Counted from the first letter of the stretch, positions 28,329 through 38,379 are shown. The stretch is 64,000 nt of DNA from Minisyncoccia bacterium (GCA_049720475.1 JBNASH010000035.1:84015-148014), one strand, 5' to 3'. Notes: generated by a model from the letters alone, not told the origin. A program made the numbers and translations.

Positions 28329-28673
28329 TTATTTGACCTCAGAAACAATTTGATTAAAAATTTCTGGTTTGAATTCCGCTAATTGAGCTAAAATTTTTCT
28401 ATCAATTTTGATATTGTTCTTTTTGAGCAAATGAATAAATTCATTATATTTTAACCCTTGTTGGTTAACCGCGGCTTTAATTTTTGTCTGCCAAAGACGA
28501 CGAAAATCGCGTTTTTTTAATTTTCTTCCTTCAAAAGCATGCGTCCAAGCATGAAGAAGGGCTTCTTTGGCTAAACGTTCCTTTGATTTGCGTCCCCATT
28601 TAAAACCTTTGGTATAACGCAAGATTTTCTCTCTTTTCTTATGGGCAATTTTTCCTCTTTTTACTCTAACCAT
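28329..28673 (-). CDS. rplT: 50S ribosomal protein L20
   Basis: MVRVKRG, RK.KKRDFRRLW, DRKILA.LA. Confidence 0.97.
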   Translation of the reverse strand: MVRVKRGKIAHKKREKILRYTKGFKWGRKSKERLAKEALLHAWTHAFEGRKLKKRDFRRLWQTKIKAAVNQQGLKYNEFIHLLKKNNIKIDRKILAQLAEFKPEIFNQIVSEVK

Positions 28674-28690
28674 ATTTTTATTGAAAAAAT

Positions 28691-28732
28691 AGTTTCTATT
28701 TAATTTTAATATTTAAAAATTAAATAGAAACT
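28691..28732. repeat. 17-bp perfect inverted repeat between rpmI and rplT
   Basis: AGTTTCTATTTAATTTT-8 nt-AAAATTAAATAGAAACT. Confidence 0.85.
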
Positions 28733-28744
28733 TTAGAAAAATTA

Positions 28745-28948
28745 TTATTTATTAGTAGAATGATAAGGCAAAAATTTTTTTATTGCCTTTTCATCGGCAT
28801 TATAAAAAGATTTATAATGTCTCTTTTTTTGATTATCACGACCTGTTAGTTTGGACTTAAAATGATTTTGCTTTATGGGACGATGAAGCAATTTTTTGCT
28901 TTTAGTAATTTTTATTCTTTTGTGTAAGGCTTTTTTTGTTTTTAACAT
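28745..28948 (-). CDS. rpmI: 50S ribosomal protein L35
   Basis: KT.K...KRIKIT, H...K, LPY; synteny infC-rpmI-rplT. Confidence 0.93.
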   Translation of the reverse strand: MLKTKKALHKRIKITKSKKLLHRPIKQNHFKSKLTGRDNQKKRHYKSFYNADEKAIKKFLPYHSTNK

Positions 28949-28952
28949 ATTT

Positions 28953-29453
28953 TTAGGAAGAAATTGTTATAATTAAACCACGAGGAGCGCTTTTTATATC
29001 TTGGATGATTTTATAAGGATGATTAATGAAAGTTAAAAATTCTTTTAATTTTTTCTCAGCTAAATCCTTATGGCTTTTTTCTCGACCTCTAAGTATAAGT
29101 TCAATTTGAATTTTCAAACCATCTTCTAAAAATTCTTCAATTTGTTTTGCCTTCACCTCCATATCGTGTTTGCCTATATTAAAACCCAATCGGACATGTT
29201 TCATTTCATCACTTCTTTCTTTCATCCGCTTTTTTCTTTCTTCCTTCTCTTGCTGATACAAAAATTTGCCGTAATCACAAATTTTTGTCACCACTGGATT
29301 AGTATTGCTTGTAATTTCCACTAAATCTAAATTTTTTGATTGGGCCAAACTCAATGCTTGTTCAAGCGGCATCACTCCCAAATTTTGACCATTCTCATCA
29401 ATTACCCTTACCTCTTTCGCTCTTATTTGATTGTTGATATTATATCTTTTTAT
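28953..29453 (-). CDS. infC: Translation initiation factor IF-3 (non-AUG start)
   Basis: The frame extends upstream of the called ORF through INNQIRAKEVRVIDENGQNLGV with no ATG; candidate starts are ATA at 29453 or ATT at 29474. Confidence 0.93.
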   Translation of the reverse strand: MKRYNINNQIRAKEVRVIDENGQNLGVMPLEQALSLAQSKNLDLVEITSNTNPVVTKICDYGKFLYQQEKEERKKRMKERSDEMKHVRLGFNIGKHDMEVKAKQIEEFLEDGLKIQIELILRGREKSHKDLAEKKLKEFLTFINHPYKIIQDIKSAPRGLIITISS

Positions 29454-29489
29454 TTTAGCGTTAAATAAAAAAATCGACCGAATATTTAG

Positions 29490-29835
29490 TGGAGATGGCG
29501 GGAATCGAACCCGCGTCGGCGAAAAAGTTGATTTTCAAGCTTTCCAGACAATCAGCCGATTTATCTTAAGGGTTAATATTTAAAATCGGCAAAATTATTA
29601 ACCCCCGTCTTTGGTGTTAGGTTGCTTTTCTAGCCAAAGACACCTAGAAAAAGCCGAGCTCGATAATTTGACACCCTTCTGGCCTATCGAGCATCAGCCA
29701 GTCGGATGGGCTTATGCTAAAGCAAAAGCCAAGTTTCTGCTAAAATTGGCAGTTTTTCTTTCTCGCTTTTTTACGAGGTAGCGAACCCTCGGTCTGACTT
29801 GAAAATGCTTTTTCGCCTCGAGGCCAATCATCCCC
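29490..29835 (-). ncRNA. ssrA: tmRNA; tag peptide (A)ANFSRNLAFALA* at 29750-29712
   Basis: 5' GGGGATG pairs with 3' CATCTCC-A; T arm GCGGGTTCGATTCCCGC; Ala-ending tag ORF; immediately downstream of smpB. Confidence 0.95.
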
Positions 29836-29847
29836 ATTTTAATAAAT

Positions 29848-30294
29848 TTAATAATTTTTAAGGTTGCGGGCTATTTCTCTTTCTGTTTCGCGTTTTTTAA
29901 TTATCTCTCTTTTATCGATTTTACGTCTGCTTCTACCAAGTCCTAATTCTACTTTAATTTTATTTTTTTTCAAGTAAACCATAAGAGGAATAAGCAATAA
30001 TCGCTCAGTTTTCATTTTACCAATTAATCTGTTAATTTCTTCTTTGTGAAGGAGTAATTTGCGGCTCCGATCAGGCTGGTAATCAAACGGTGCGTTTTTT
30101 GCTTGCCAGGCAGGAATTTGCGCATTAATTAAATAGATTTCATTGCCATAAATCTGAGCAAAAGAACCATCTAAATTAATGTTTCCGTTTTTAACGGACT
30201 TCACTTCGCATCCCAATAACTGAATCCCCGCTTCAATCCTTTCTAAAATTTCATAATTAAATTCCGCTTTTCGATTTTTAGCTAAAATTTTCAT
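29848..30294 (-). CDS. smpB: SsrA-binding protein
   Basis: NRKA.FNY, EAGI.L.G.EVKS, R.RKLLLHK.EI, DKRE.IK.R. Confidence 0.97.
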   Translation of the reverse strand: MKILAKNRKAEFNYEILERIEAGIQLLGCEVKSVKNGNINLDGSFAQIYGNEIYLINAQIPAWQAKNAPFDYQPDRSRKLLLHKEEINRLIGKMKTERLLLIPLMVYLKKNKIKVELGLGRSRRKIDKREIIKKRETEREIARNLKNY

Positions 30295-30298
30295 AAAA

Positions 30299-31738
30299 TT
30301 ACTCACCTTTTATTACCGCTAAAGGCAATAGTTTGGCAACTTTTAAGGACAGATTGCTTTGATGAACGACATTGACTACTTCATTAATGTCTTTGTAAGC
30401 CTCTGGCGCCTCTTCGGCCAAACCCTTTAAACTTTCGCATTTTACTAAAATTCCTTTATTTTCTAAATATTTTACAATTTCTTTTGGTGAAAGAGTTTTA
30501 ACAGCAGCCATGCGTGACATTCTTCGCCCAGCGCCATGACAAGTTGAATAAAAACTTTCTAAGCTTTTTTCCGTACCGACCAAAACATAAGAAGCCGTAC
30601 CCATACTCCCTGGAATCAAAACTGGCTGACCAATTGATTGATATTTTAAAGGTATTTCCGGGTGAAAGGGCGGGAAAGCTCTTGTTGAACCTTTGCGATG
30701 AACTAAAACTTTTTGTTTTTTGCCCTCAATTTCATATTCTTCTAATTTAGCAATATTGTGGGCTACATCATATAAAATTCTTAGTTTTTTATCTTTACCC
30801 AAAATTTTTTTCCAAGCCTCTCTGATATAAAAAGTGATCATTTGGCGATTAGCCCAAGCAAAATTTGCCGCTGCACTCATCGCGCTAAAATAGTTTTGTC
30901 CTTCATCGCTTTTAAATGGCGCACAAACTAATTCTCTATCAGGCACGCTAAAATTATATTTTTTCATTAATTTCATCATTTGCTGAATATAATCAGTAGC
31001 TACTTGATGGCCCAACCCCCTCGAACCAGTATGAATCATCACAACTATTTGATTAAGAAAAAGGCCCATTGTTTGACTAATTTTCTCATCAAAAATTTCA
31101 GCTACCCTGAGAATTTCTAAGAAATGGTTGCCACTACCCAAAGTTCCCAGCTGATCTTGACCACGATTTTTAGCTTTGTTTGAAACCATTTTAGCATCAG
31201 CAAATTCTAAACAACCGCCCGCCTCACAAAACTCAATATCCTCTTTCTCACCATAACCATCTTCTACTAATTTTTTTGCTCCACCATTTAAAACTCTATC
31301 TAAACTCGAAAGACTAATTCCCACATCATGTCCTTTTCCCAAACCAGACGGAACTACTTTGGCAATAGCTGTGGCTAATTTATCCAAATATGGCTCTATT
31401 TCTTCTTTAGAATAATCGGACAATAAAATCCGCATGCCACAATTAATATCATATCCAACACCACCCGGCGAAATTACTCCTTCATCTGCTTTGATAGCCG
31501 CTACCCCACCAATAGGAAAACCGTATCCTTCATGGATATCGGGCATTGCTAAACTATAATTAACAATCCCCGGTAAAGTTGCTACATTTATCAACTGATG
31601 CAAAGATCGGTCGCGCATTGATTCCTCAAGCAACTTTTCGCTGGCGTAAACTCTTGCTGAAACCCGCATATCATCTCTCCATCCTTTAGGAATCTCCCAC
31701 AAAAAGTCATTAATTTTAACAAAATCGTTTTTATTCAT
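30299..31738 (-). CDS. rtcB: RtcB family RNA ligase
   Basis: MPDIHEGYGFPIGG, GYDINCG, GSGNHF, HTGSRG, DVAHN, HRKG, HGAGR. Confidence 0.96.
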   Translation of the reverse strand: MNKNDFVKINDFLWEIPKGWRDDMRVSARVYASEKLLEESMRDRSLHQLINVATLPGIVNYSLAMPDIHEGYGFPIGGVAAIKADEGVISPGGVGYDINCGMRILLSDYSKEEIEPYLDKLATAIAKVVPSGLGKGHDVGISLSSLDRVLNGGAKKLVEDGYGEKEDIEFCEAGGCLEFADAKMVSNKAKNRGQDQLGTLGSGNHFLEILRVAEIFDEKISQTMGLFLNQIVVMIHTGSRGLGHQVATDYIQQMMKLMKKYNFSVPDRELVCAPFKSDEGQNYFSAMSAAANFAWANRQMITFYIREAWKKILGKDKKLRILYDVAHNIAKLEEYEIEGKKQKVLVHRKGSTRAFPPFHPEIPLKYQSIGQPVLIPGSMGTASYVLVGTEKSLESFYSTCHGAGRRMSRMAAVKTLSPKEIVKYLENKGILVKCESLKGLAEEAPEAYKDINEVVNVVHQSNLSLKVAKLLPLAVIKGE

Positions 31739-31782
31739 AAAACATTTTTATTATAATCGGCTTTTCAAAAATTAAAAATTGA

Positions 31783-33354
31783 TTATTGTTTTTTCCGATA
31801 TTTAGGTGTTACCCAAAAACCTAGATATTTTTTTATCATTAATCTCGTTTGAGCCTCCAATGCCGGCACACTACCAAAAAAAATTAGATTAATCGGAGTT
31901 AAAAACCACTGCAAAACAAAATAAACATAACGCCATTTGCCATAAGATGGCGGGCGAGGGGGCAAAAACCAAAAATTTAAGATCGCACAGGTGATAATAC
32001 CAATATTTGCAACAGTTAAAATATACGAGGTTGTTTTTGGTAAATAAAAGGAAAGGAGGGTAAAATTAAATTTTGGACCACCTAAAACCAACGGCAGCCA
32101 ACCCAAAAAGAAAATTATTAAACTTGTTGTTGCCCACGAATAAAATCCATCAAATAAAAAGAAACCATAAATTAATTTTTTCTTCAGGGGAATTTTTTTA
32201 TTTTTTAAAAAACCAAAAAAGGCATAAGCAATATCAAAAGCGCCATAGGCCCAACGTCTTTGTTGTTTATATTGATTAACTATCGTTTTTGTAAATTTAG
32301 CATCAACATTTGCATCCATTGAAACTGGATAAAATAATGGGACAATTTCCCAATTGCCATCATAATACAAAAAGCACTGCCAAAAAATTCTTGAATCTTC
32401 AGAAACAACATTGGTTTGCCAAAAATCAATATCTACCAAAGCTTTAAATGGCATTGAGTGAGAAGAAAAAGTGGTCATTCGCTCTGGCCGAGCCTGCTGA
32501 ATTAACTGAAAAAAAGTAGAAGAAAAAGAGATAACTCGAGCTAAAGCTGGCGCCTCCCAAATATTATTCGTAAAAAGAGGCACGGGCTGATAACTAGAAT
32601 GCAATGGATTTCTAGCAGTTAAAAAATGATAAGTGAGACAACCAAAATAATCACTTGGGATAACTGTATCAATATCAAAATTCGAAACTAAAATATTTTC
32701 ATAAGGAATATTTAGCAAATCAATAATATTTTTTTTGGCCTCGCGAGCCGCCCAAGCAGCATTAGCGCCCTTCCCCGCAATTTCTCCCTCAATATCTTTA
32801 GGATGAACTGTTATTAGAAAATGTTTAAAAACATTTTTAAATTCATCTTTAATTTTGATGATGGTTTCTTTAACCTCTTCTTGCGCTCTCTCTTCCGTAG
32901 CCAAAACAACAATTAATCGGTCAATTGGGTAATTAACGTTAGAAAGAGATTTTAAAGTAGTTGAGACGATTTCGTATGATTCGTTAACCATTGGCAAAAT
33001 CACCAAATGATAAATTTCACGCCAATCGCTAATATTTAAATTATATTTTTCCTTGGGTAAATTTTTTAATTCCAAAAGCCAATTTTTTGCTAAATTTTTC
33101 CGAACAATTTTAAAACTATAAAAAGCATGGATGCTAAAATAAATCGTTTTGATCAACCAAAAAACATCAAAAACAATAATAAAAATAGCAGCAACCACTG
33201 GCCATTGCCAAGCTACTATAAAGACAGCGATTAGAGTCAACCACGAACACAAACCCGGTAAAATTTCAAAAAAACGAAATATAATTCGCTCTTTTTTTTC
33301 TTGTAATTCATCTGCCTTGCCTATTTTAAGATAATACAAATCAGCGGGAAGCAT
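31783..33354 (-). CDS. Membrane-bound family 2 glycosyltransferase (processive type)
   Basis: GKGAN, DID, SEDSR, QQRRW motifs with flanking TM helices. Confidence 0.88.
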   Translation of the reverse strand: MLPADLYYLKIGKADELQEKKERIIFRFFEILPGLCSWLTLIAVFIVAWQWPVVAAIFIIVFDVFWLIKTIYFSIHAFYSFKIVRKNLAKNWLLELKNLPKEKYNLNISDWREIYHLVILPMVNESYEIVSTTLKSLSNVNYPIDRLIVVLATEERAQEEVKETIIKIKDEFKNVFKHFLITVHPKDIEGEIAGKGANAAWAAREAKKNIIDLLNIPYENILVSNFDIDTVIPSDYFGCLTYHFLTARNPLHSSYQPVPLFTNNIWEAPALARVISFSSTFFQLIQQARPERMTTFSSHSMPFKALVDIDFWQTNVVSEDSRIFWQCFLYYDGNWEIVPLFYPVSMDANVDAKFTKTIVNQYKQQRRWAYGAFDIAYAFFGFLKNKKIPLKKKLIYGFFLFDGFYSWATTSLIIFFLGWLPLVLGGPKFNFTLLSFYLPKTTSYILTVANIGIITCAILNFWFLPPRPPSYGKWRYVYFVLQWFLTPINLIFFGSVPALEAQTRLMIKKYLGFWVTPKYRKKQ

Positions 33355-33359
33355 AGCAG

Positions 33360-33432
33360 TGCGCCTGGCGCGAATCGAACGCGCAGTCTTCGGCTCCGGA
33401 GGCCGACGCTTTATCCGTTAAGCTACAGGCGC
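33360..33432 (-). tRNA. tRNA-Arg(CCG)
   Basis: Acceptor GCGCCTG/CAGGCGC, anticodon arm TCGGC-CT CCG GA-GCCGA, GTTCGATTC; CCA not encoded. Confidence 0.95.
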
Positions 33433-33476
33433 TCCTTTTTTAATTTAATTCAAATTTAAAATTTGCCAAGACGAAA

Positions 33477-34466
33477 TTAACGAACCGCTGGTTCTAATAA
33501 GCGCAAAGTTATTTCTTTTCTTGTTGCATCCAACTCAGCTTCGACACCAATAGGAATAGTCATTGGATAATAAATATCGCCAAAATCAACATTAGTTATA
33601 ACTGGAATTTTGTATGGCTTTAAAATTTCTTTCAGAATAGTGTTCAAGGTAAAATATTTTGGTCGGCCGAATTTCTTTTCTAATTCCCTATCGGCTGAAC
33701 CAACAGTAACATTTACCATTTTTCCAAAAATAATTCCCTTAACTCCTCCCTCCACAAAAAGACCCGCATTAATTAATCGAGTTAAAGCGCCTTCAATATC
33801 TTCGGAATAATCGCCATGCTCCTCAAAAAATAGAATGCTGTTAGAAACATCTGGAAAATAACGGGTGCCTAATAAATTAGCAAAACTAATTAGATTGCCA
33901 CCGACTAATTTACCGCGAGCACGTCCAGGTTTCAAAATCTGCCATTTACTCCGTTTCAAAAAGGTCGTACCTCCTTCAAAACAAATATTTTTAAAAGAAT
34001 TAATAGTATAACTATTAGCCTTCATAAAGAAATGTTCTATATTGAATCCATGAAAAGTAACAATTCTGCTCCGACGATAAATAGCATTTAATAAAGTAGT
34101 GCCATCAGAAAAACCAATTAAAACTTTTGGATTTTTACGGATTAAATTATAGTCCAACAGCGGCAAAACCTGATTGGCCAAATAACCGCCAACACTCATA
34201 AAAATAGCCCGGATATCTTTTCGAGCAAAAGCCTCATTTAAATCTTGAGCCCTCTCCTCTGGCGTCCCTGCCTTATACATTCCATAAACCACATCAACAT
34301 TTTTTGAGGTTTCAACCACAAAACCAAGACTTTCCAAAGTCTTTAAACCACGGCGAAAATGCTTGAGATTGGTTATGGGCTGAGAAGGAGAGACAACAAT
34401 AACCTTATCTCCTCTTCTCAACCTTTTTGGTTTTAACAGCGGTAATTGGCGAATTAATGTGATCAT
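33477..34466 (-). CDS. S66 family LD-carboxypeptidase/MccF-like protein
   Basis: VSPS, ERA.DL..AF, GFSD.T, GGNL, FFEE; the catalytic His position reads FGD instead of FGH. Confidence 0.88.
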   Translation of the reverse strand: MITLIRQLPLLKPKRLRRGDKVIVVSPSQPITNLKHFRRGLKTLESLGFVVETSKNVDVVYGMYKAGTPEERAQDLNEAFARKDIRAIFMSVGGYLANQVLPLLDYNLIRKNPKVLIGFSDGTTLLNAIYRRSRIVTFHGFNIEHFFMKANSYTINSFKNICFEGGTTFLKRSKWQILKPGRARGKLVGGNLISFANLLGTRYFPDVSNSILFFEEHGDYSEDIEGALTRLINAGLFVEGGVKGIIFGKMVNVTVGSADRELEKKFGRPKYFTLNTILKEILKPYKIPVITNVDFGDIYYPMTIPIGVEAELDATRKEITLRLLEPAVR

Positions 34467-34591
34467 ATTCTTATAAAATAAAAAGGACTCCTCGACAATC
34501 CTTTAAGTTTTTAATTATACTAAAATTTAAAAATTTATCAAGTTAGGGCAAATGGGGTTTGCCGCTTCAAAAATTAAGCCTTTTCAAAAAC

Positions 34592-34858
34592 TTATTCCTC
34601 TTCTGATTCGTCCTGAATATTTTGTAAAATTAAATCATCCAGCTCTTTTTCAAAGTCATTATCGTTTTTAATAATTTCCTTTTCTTCTTTTTCAAAATTC
34701 TTTAAAGTCTCATTAATTTCTGCAAGCAATTTTTCGAATCCTTGATGAATTTCATTATATTCCTCATGAATTTTTGCCATTTCTTTTTTCACTCTTGCAA
34801 GAGTTTCCTCAATTTCATCTTTTTTATTTTTAACCTCATTATCTTGTTGGGTAACCAT
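34592..34858 (-). CDS. Small acidic coiled-coil protein
   Basis: 88-aa ORF co-oriented with and directly downstream of 34870-36141. Confidence 0.7.
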   Translation of the reverse strand: MVTQQDNEVKNKKDEIEETLARVKKEMAKIHEEYNEIHQGFEKLLAEINETLKNFEKEEKEIIKNDNDFEKELDDLILQNIQDESEEE

Positions 34859-34869
34859 ATTTTTAAATA

Positions 34870-36141
34870 TTATTCGCCTTTTTCTTTGGGTAATTGAACA
34901 ATAAAATCTTCAATAAGCATATTAATTCTTTCCTTTTCTTCTTTGGGTCGTTCTTTATAAAAATTTTTTAACAGCGAAACAAATTTTTTCATATCTATTT
35001 GATCATTTAATGAGGTTTTTGCTTTTTCAACAAATTGACTTTCGACAAATTGGTAATTTTCTTTATCTTTTCGCGAGCTGGCCTCTAAAAATCTAAGCCA
35101 ATATTTCAAAAATTCCCTCACTGACATTTTTTCTTCAGGCATAACTTCTTTCTCTTCGATTTTGTTTTCCTGCTTTTCTTCTTTTTCTTGTTTTTCTTCG
35201 TTAATTGCAAAATCTATTGGCATTCGATTAATTACCGCCACAAATTCATTTCTTTTTTGAATGTAGGGGTAAATGTTGTTATTTAATTTATCCAACTTTT
35301 TATTTACATCCATCATCTGCCGCTCTACAGCTGCTTTTTCAGAAACCAATTCCTTTTTTTCTTGACGAAGCATCTTTTCTATTTCCTTAATTGTCTCATC
35401 GTTTTTAATTTTTCGCTCGGACAACCCTGCTTTTAACAAAACTTGATACAAATCGTTTTTTTGCTTTTCTAATATCATTATCTGTTCCTCATGTTTAGCA
35501 TAAACTTTTTTCCATTTATTTTCTAAATCATTTTTGTGTTGATTTAAAATTTCTTTTCTTTTCTCCAATGGATCAATTTTTAATTGATAATAATCTATCA
35601 ATCGTTGAGCAACAATATTTCTTTTTTCTACATATGCATCTCTTTTATTTTTATTCATTTCAAATTTTGGAGAAATTTTCTCTTTTTCGAGTAAAAGCTT
35701 CTCTCTACTTTCTCTCATTCTCTTCAATTGTTTATCAATACCTTCGACTGGTATATTGTTTTTTAAAGCATTTTCTCTATATTCACTTAACTCTTTTTCT
35801 GATTGATTAAAAATATTGATGCAATAATCAATCCGATCGAGATTGCTCTTAAAATTTGATAGTTTCTTTTCATAAACATCGATTCTTTTTTGATTCAACG
35901 CAATTTCTAATTTAGCAACTAATCTATTAGTGACTGGATTATTATAAAGTCCTTCATAAACTTTTTTCGCAATTTCTTTCCCTTTATCAGATAGTTTTTC
36001 AAATAATGACTTACTATCATCGGTTATGACGCTCATCAAATCAATTTCAACTCTTTTTTTCAATTCTTCCGGCAGAGTTTCCTCTTTGTTTGTCAATTTT
36101 TTTAACATATTTGGATCTAGTTTTTCAAATTTATTGCTCAT
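34870..36141 (-). CDS. Long coiled-coil hypothetical protein
   Basis: K/E-rich heptad-like sequence, no TM; upstream TTGATT..TATAAT promoter supports the start at 36141. Confidence 0.75.
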   Translation of the reverse strand: MSNKFEKLDPNMLKKLTNKEETLPEELKKRVEIDLMSVITDDSKSLFEKLSDKGKEIAKKVYEGLYNNPVTNRLVAKLEIALNQKRIDVYEKKLSNFKSNLDRIDYCINIFNQSEKELSEYRENALKNNIPVEGIDKQLKRMRESREKLLLEKEKISPKFEMNKNKRDAYVEKRNIVAQRLIDYYQLKIDPLEKRKEILNQHKNDLENKWKKVYAKHEEQIMILEKQKNDLYQVLLKAGLSERKIKNDETIKEIEKMLRQEKKELVSEKAAVERQMMDVNKKLDKLNNNIYPYIQKRNEFVAVINRMPIDFAINEEKQEKEEKQENKIEEKEVMPEEKMSVREFLKYWLRFLEASSRKDKENYQFVESQFVEKAKTSLNDQIDMKKFVSLLKNFYKERPKEEKERINMLIEDFIVQLPKEKGE

Positions 36142-36334
36142 ATATTTAATTATACAACAAAAAGAGAAAAAAATCAAGAGGGGTCTTTAAGTGGTTAATT
36201 AGCTAGAAATAAAAATCTGGAAAGTTAAAGTGTATAAAATGGCCATTTATAAAAATATACAAAATCTGAGTCTTTTTTACAAGTTTGACTCTGCCAAGCA
36301 TCAAATTCAAAAAATAAATTTAATCATTTATCAG

Positions 36335-36407
36335 TGGGCGCAGATGGATTCGAACCATCGACCCCAGACTTATAAGGTCTGTGCTCTAACCGCTGAGCTA
36401 TGCGCCC
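36335..36407 (-). tRNA. tRNA-Ile(TAT)
   Basis: GGGCGCATAGCTCAGCGGTTAGAGCA-CAGAC-CT TAT AA-GTCTG-GGGTC-GATGGTTCGAATCCATC-TGCGCCC-A. Confidence 0.93.
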
Positions 36408-36466
36408 AAGAGGATTATCAATATCCTCTTTTAGTTTATTAATTTTTTAATTTTTTTCAAACCCTC

Positions 36467-38287
36467 TTATTGGTTATTTTTCATTAATTCCTCAAAATCT
36501 TCTTTTTCTATAATTTCCTTTTCTAACAAAGTTTTAACGAGAGCCTCCATTTGTTTTTTGTGGTTTTTAATTATTTTCTCTGATTGTTTAACCGCCTCAT
36601 TAATCAATCTTTTAACCTCATTATCAATTTCGATTGCGGTTTTTTCTGAATAATTCTTCTCGGCAGTAATTTCGCGGCCTAAAAAGATTAGTTCTTCTGT
36701 TTTGCCAAAAGTAATCGGGCCCAATTTTTCAGACATTCCATATTTAACAATCATTTTCCGGGCTAATTCCGAAGCTTCTTTCAAATCATTAGCCGCTCCT
36801 GTTGAAACATCACCCAAATAAATTTTTTCAGCCACATAACCGCCCATTAATACTGCTAATTCAGCTAAAAATTGTTTTCTGGTTTGCAATCTTCTATCTT
36901 CCAGCGGCATTTTTAAAGTGTAACCACCGGCTTGGCCGCGGGCAATAATAGAAATTTTCTGAACTGGATCGGCCTCAGGCGAATGGTAAGCAACAAGAGC
37001 ATGACCAGCTTCATGATGAGCAATAATTTGTTTTTCCTTTTCAGAAATTATCCGACTGCGACGCTCTGGCCCTAAAACAACTTTTTCAATTGATTCTAAA
37101 AGTTCGCTTTGGGTAATTTCTTTTTTATTTCTTCGAGCAGCCAAGATAGCCGCTTCATTAACTAAATTAGCTAAATCAGCGCCAGAAAAACCAGGAGTTC
37201 TTTCGGCAATTCTTCGCAAAAACACATCTTTGGCCAAAACTTTATCACGACAGTGAATCTTTAAAATTTCTTCTCTTTCTTTCAAATCCGGCAAATCCAA
37301 AACAATTCTTCGATCAAAACGACCAGGTCTTAGAAGAGCTGGGTCTAAAATATCAGGACGATTAGTCGCGGCAATCACAATAACATTCGTCTCACGATCA
37401 AAACCATCCATTTCTACTAAAATTTGGTTTAAGGTTTGTTCTCTTTCATCATGTCCTCCACCCAAACCAGCGCCTCGTTCCCGGCCAACCGCATCAATTT
37501 CATCAATAAACAAAATTGATGGCGCTGCTTTTTTAGCAGTCGCAAAAGCATCTCTAACGCGGCTGGCGCCAACACCAACAAAAAGCTCCACAAATTCAGC
37601 GCCCGAAATGTGGAAAAATGGAACATTAGCCTCACCAGCCACCGCTCGCGCTAAAAGTGTTTTTCCGGAACCCGGTGGCCCCATCAATAAAACGCCACGC
37701 GGTATTTTTGCGCCCAAATCAAGAAACTTTTTTGGATTTTTCAAAAACTCAACCACTTCTTTTAATTCCTGCTTTGCCTCTTCTAAACCTGCCACATCTT
37801 TAAAAGTCACTTTATCTTTTGGCGTAGAAATTTTAAGATTAACCCTGCCAAAAGAAAAGGCCTGTCCAACTCCCTTTTGGGCTTGTTTGTTCATCCAGAG
37901 GAAGAAAAGCAAAATTAAACCCAAGGGTAAAATAGTTTGAAGCAACAAAGCTCCCCAAAATAACCAATCCGAAGAAGTTTTAATATTAATATTTACTTTA
38001 CTCAATTGTTCATTGCTTACGCCAAGATTTTTTAATGTTTCGATAATACTCACTCCATCCTCTTTATTTGTTTTTAAAACTTCATCTTTAGTTGTTTTAG
38101 CAACCACCTCATTACCTTGCGCTGTTATTTCTTTTATTTCTTCTTTTTGAATGAGAGAAACCAATTCATTCAAAGAAATCTTTTTTTCTTTGATTGGCAT
38201 TGCTCCACTAAAAAGATAGGAAAAAATAGAACTTAAAATCAAGAAAATAATAATACCTAGAGCTAGATTTTTTAATAAGTTTCTCAT
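36467..38287 (-). CDS. ftsH: ATP-dependent zinc metalloprotease FtsH
   Basis: Two TM helices, [38 protein letters not shown]. Confidence 0.97.
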   Translation of the reverse strand: MRNLLKNLALGIIIFLILSSIFSYLFSGAMPIKEKKISLNELVSLIQKEEIKEITAQGNEVVAKTTKDEVLKTNKEDGVSIIETLKNLGVSNEQLSKVNINIKTSSDWLFWGALLLQTILPLGLILLFFLWMNKQAQKGVGQAFSFGRVNLKISTPKDKVTFKDVAGLEEAKQELKEVVEFLKNPKKFLDLGAKIPRGVLLMGPPGSGKTLLARAVAGEANVPFFHISGAEFVELFVGVGASRVRDAFATAKKAAPSILFIDEIDAVGRERGAGLGGGHDEREQTLNQILVEMDGFDRETNVIVIAATNRPDILDPALLRPGRFDRRIVLDLPDLKEREEILKIHCRDKVLAKDVFLRRIAERTPGFSGADLANLVNEAAILAARRNKKEITQSELLESIEKVVLGPERRSRIISEKEKQIIAHHEAGHALVAYHSPEADPVQKISIIARGQAGGYTLKMPLEDRRLQTRKQFLAELAVLMGGYVAEKIYLGDVSTGAANDLKEASELARKMIVKYGMSEKLGPITFGKTEELIFLGREITAEKNYSEKTAIEIDNEVKRLINEAVKQSEKIIKNHKKQMEALVKTLLEKEIIEKEDFEELMKNNQ

Positions 38288-38379
38288 ATTATTTTAAAAT
38301 TTTTAATCGCATTTTATTTTCTTATGATTAATCAATTTTAACATATTCAACTGAAAAATCAATAAGCAAAAGTCCTTGG

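Noticed and set aside
36230-36442. 70-aa plus-strand ORF
   Set aside because: Antisense to tRNA-Ile; the translation is the typical reverse-tRNA artefact.
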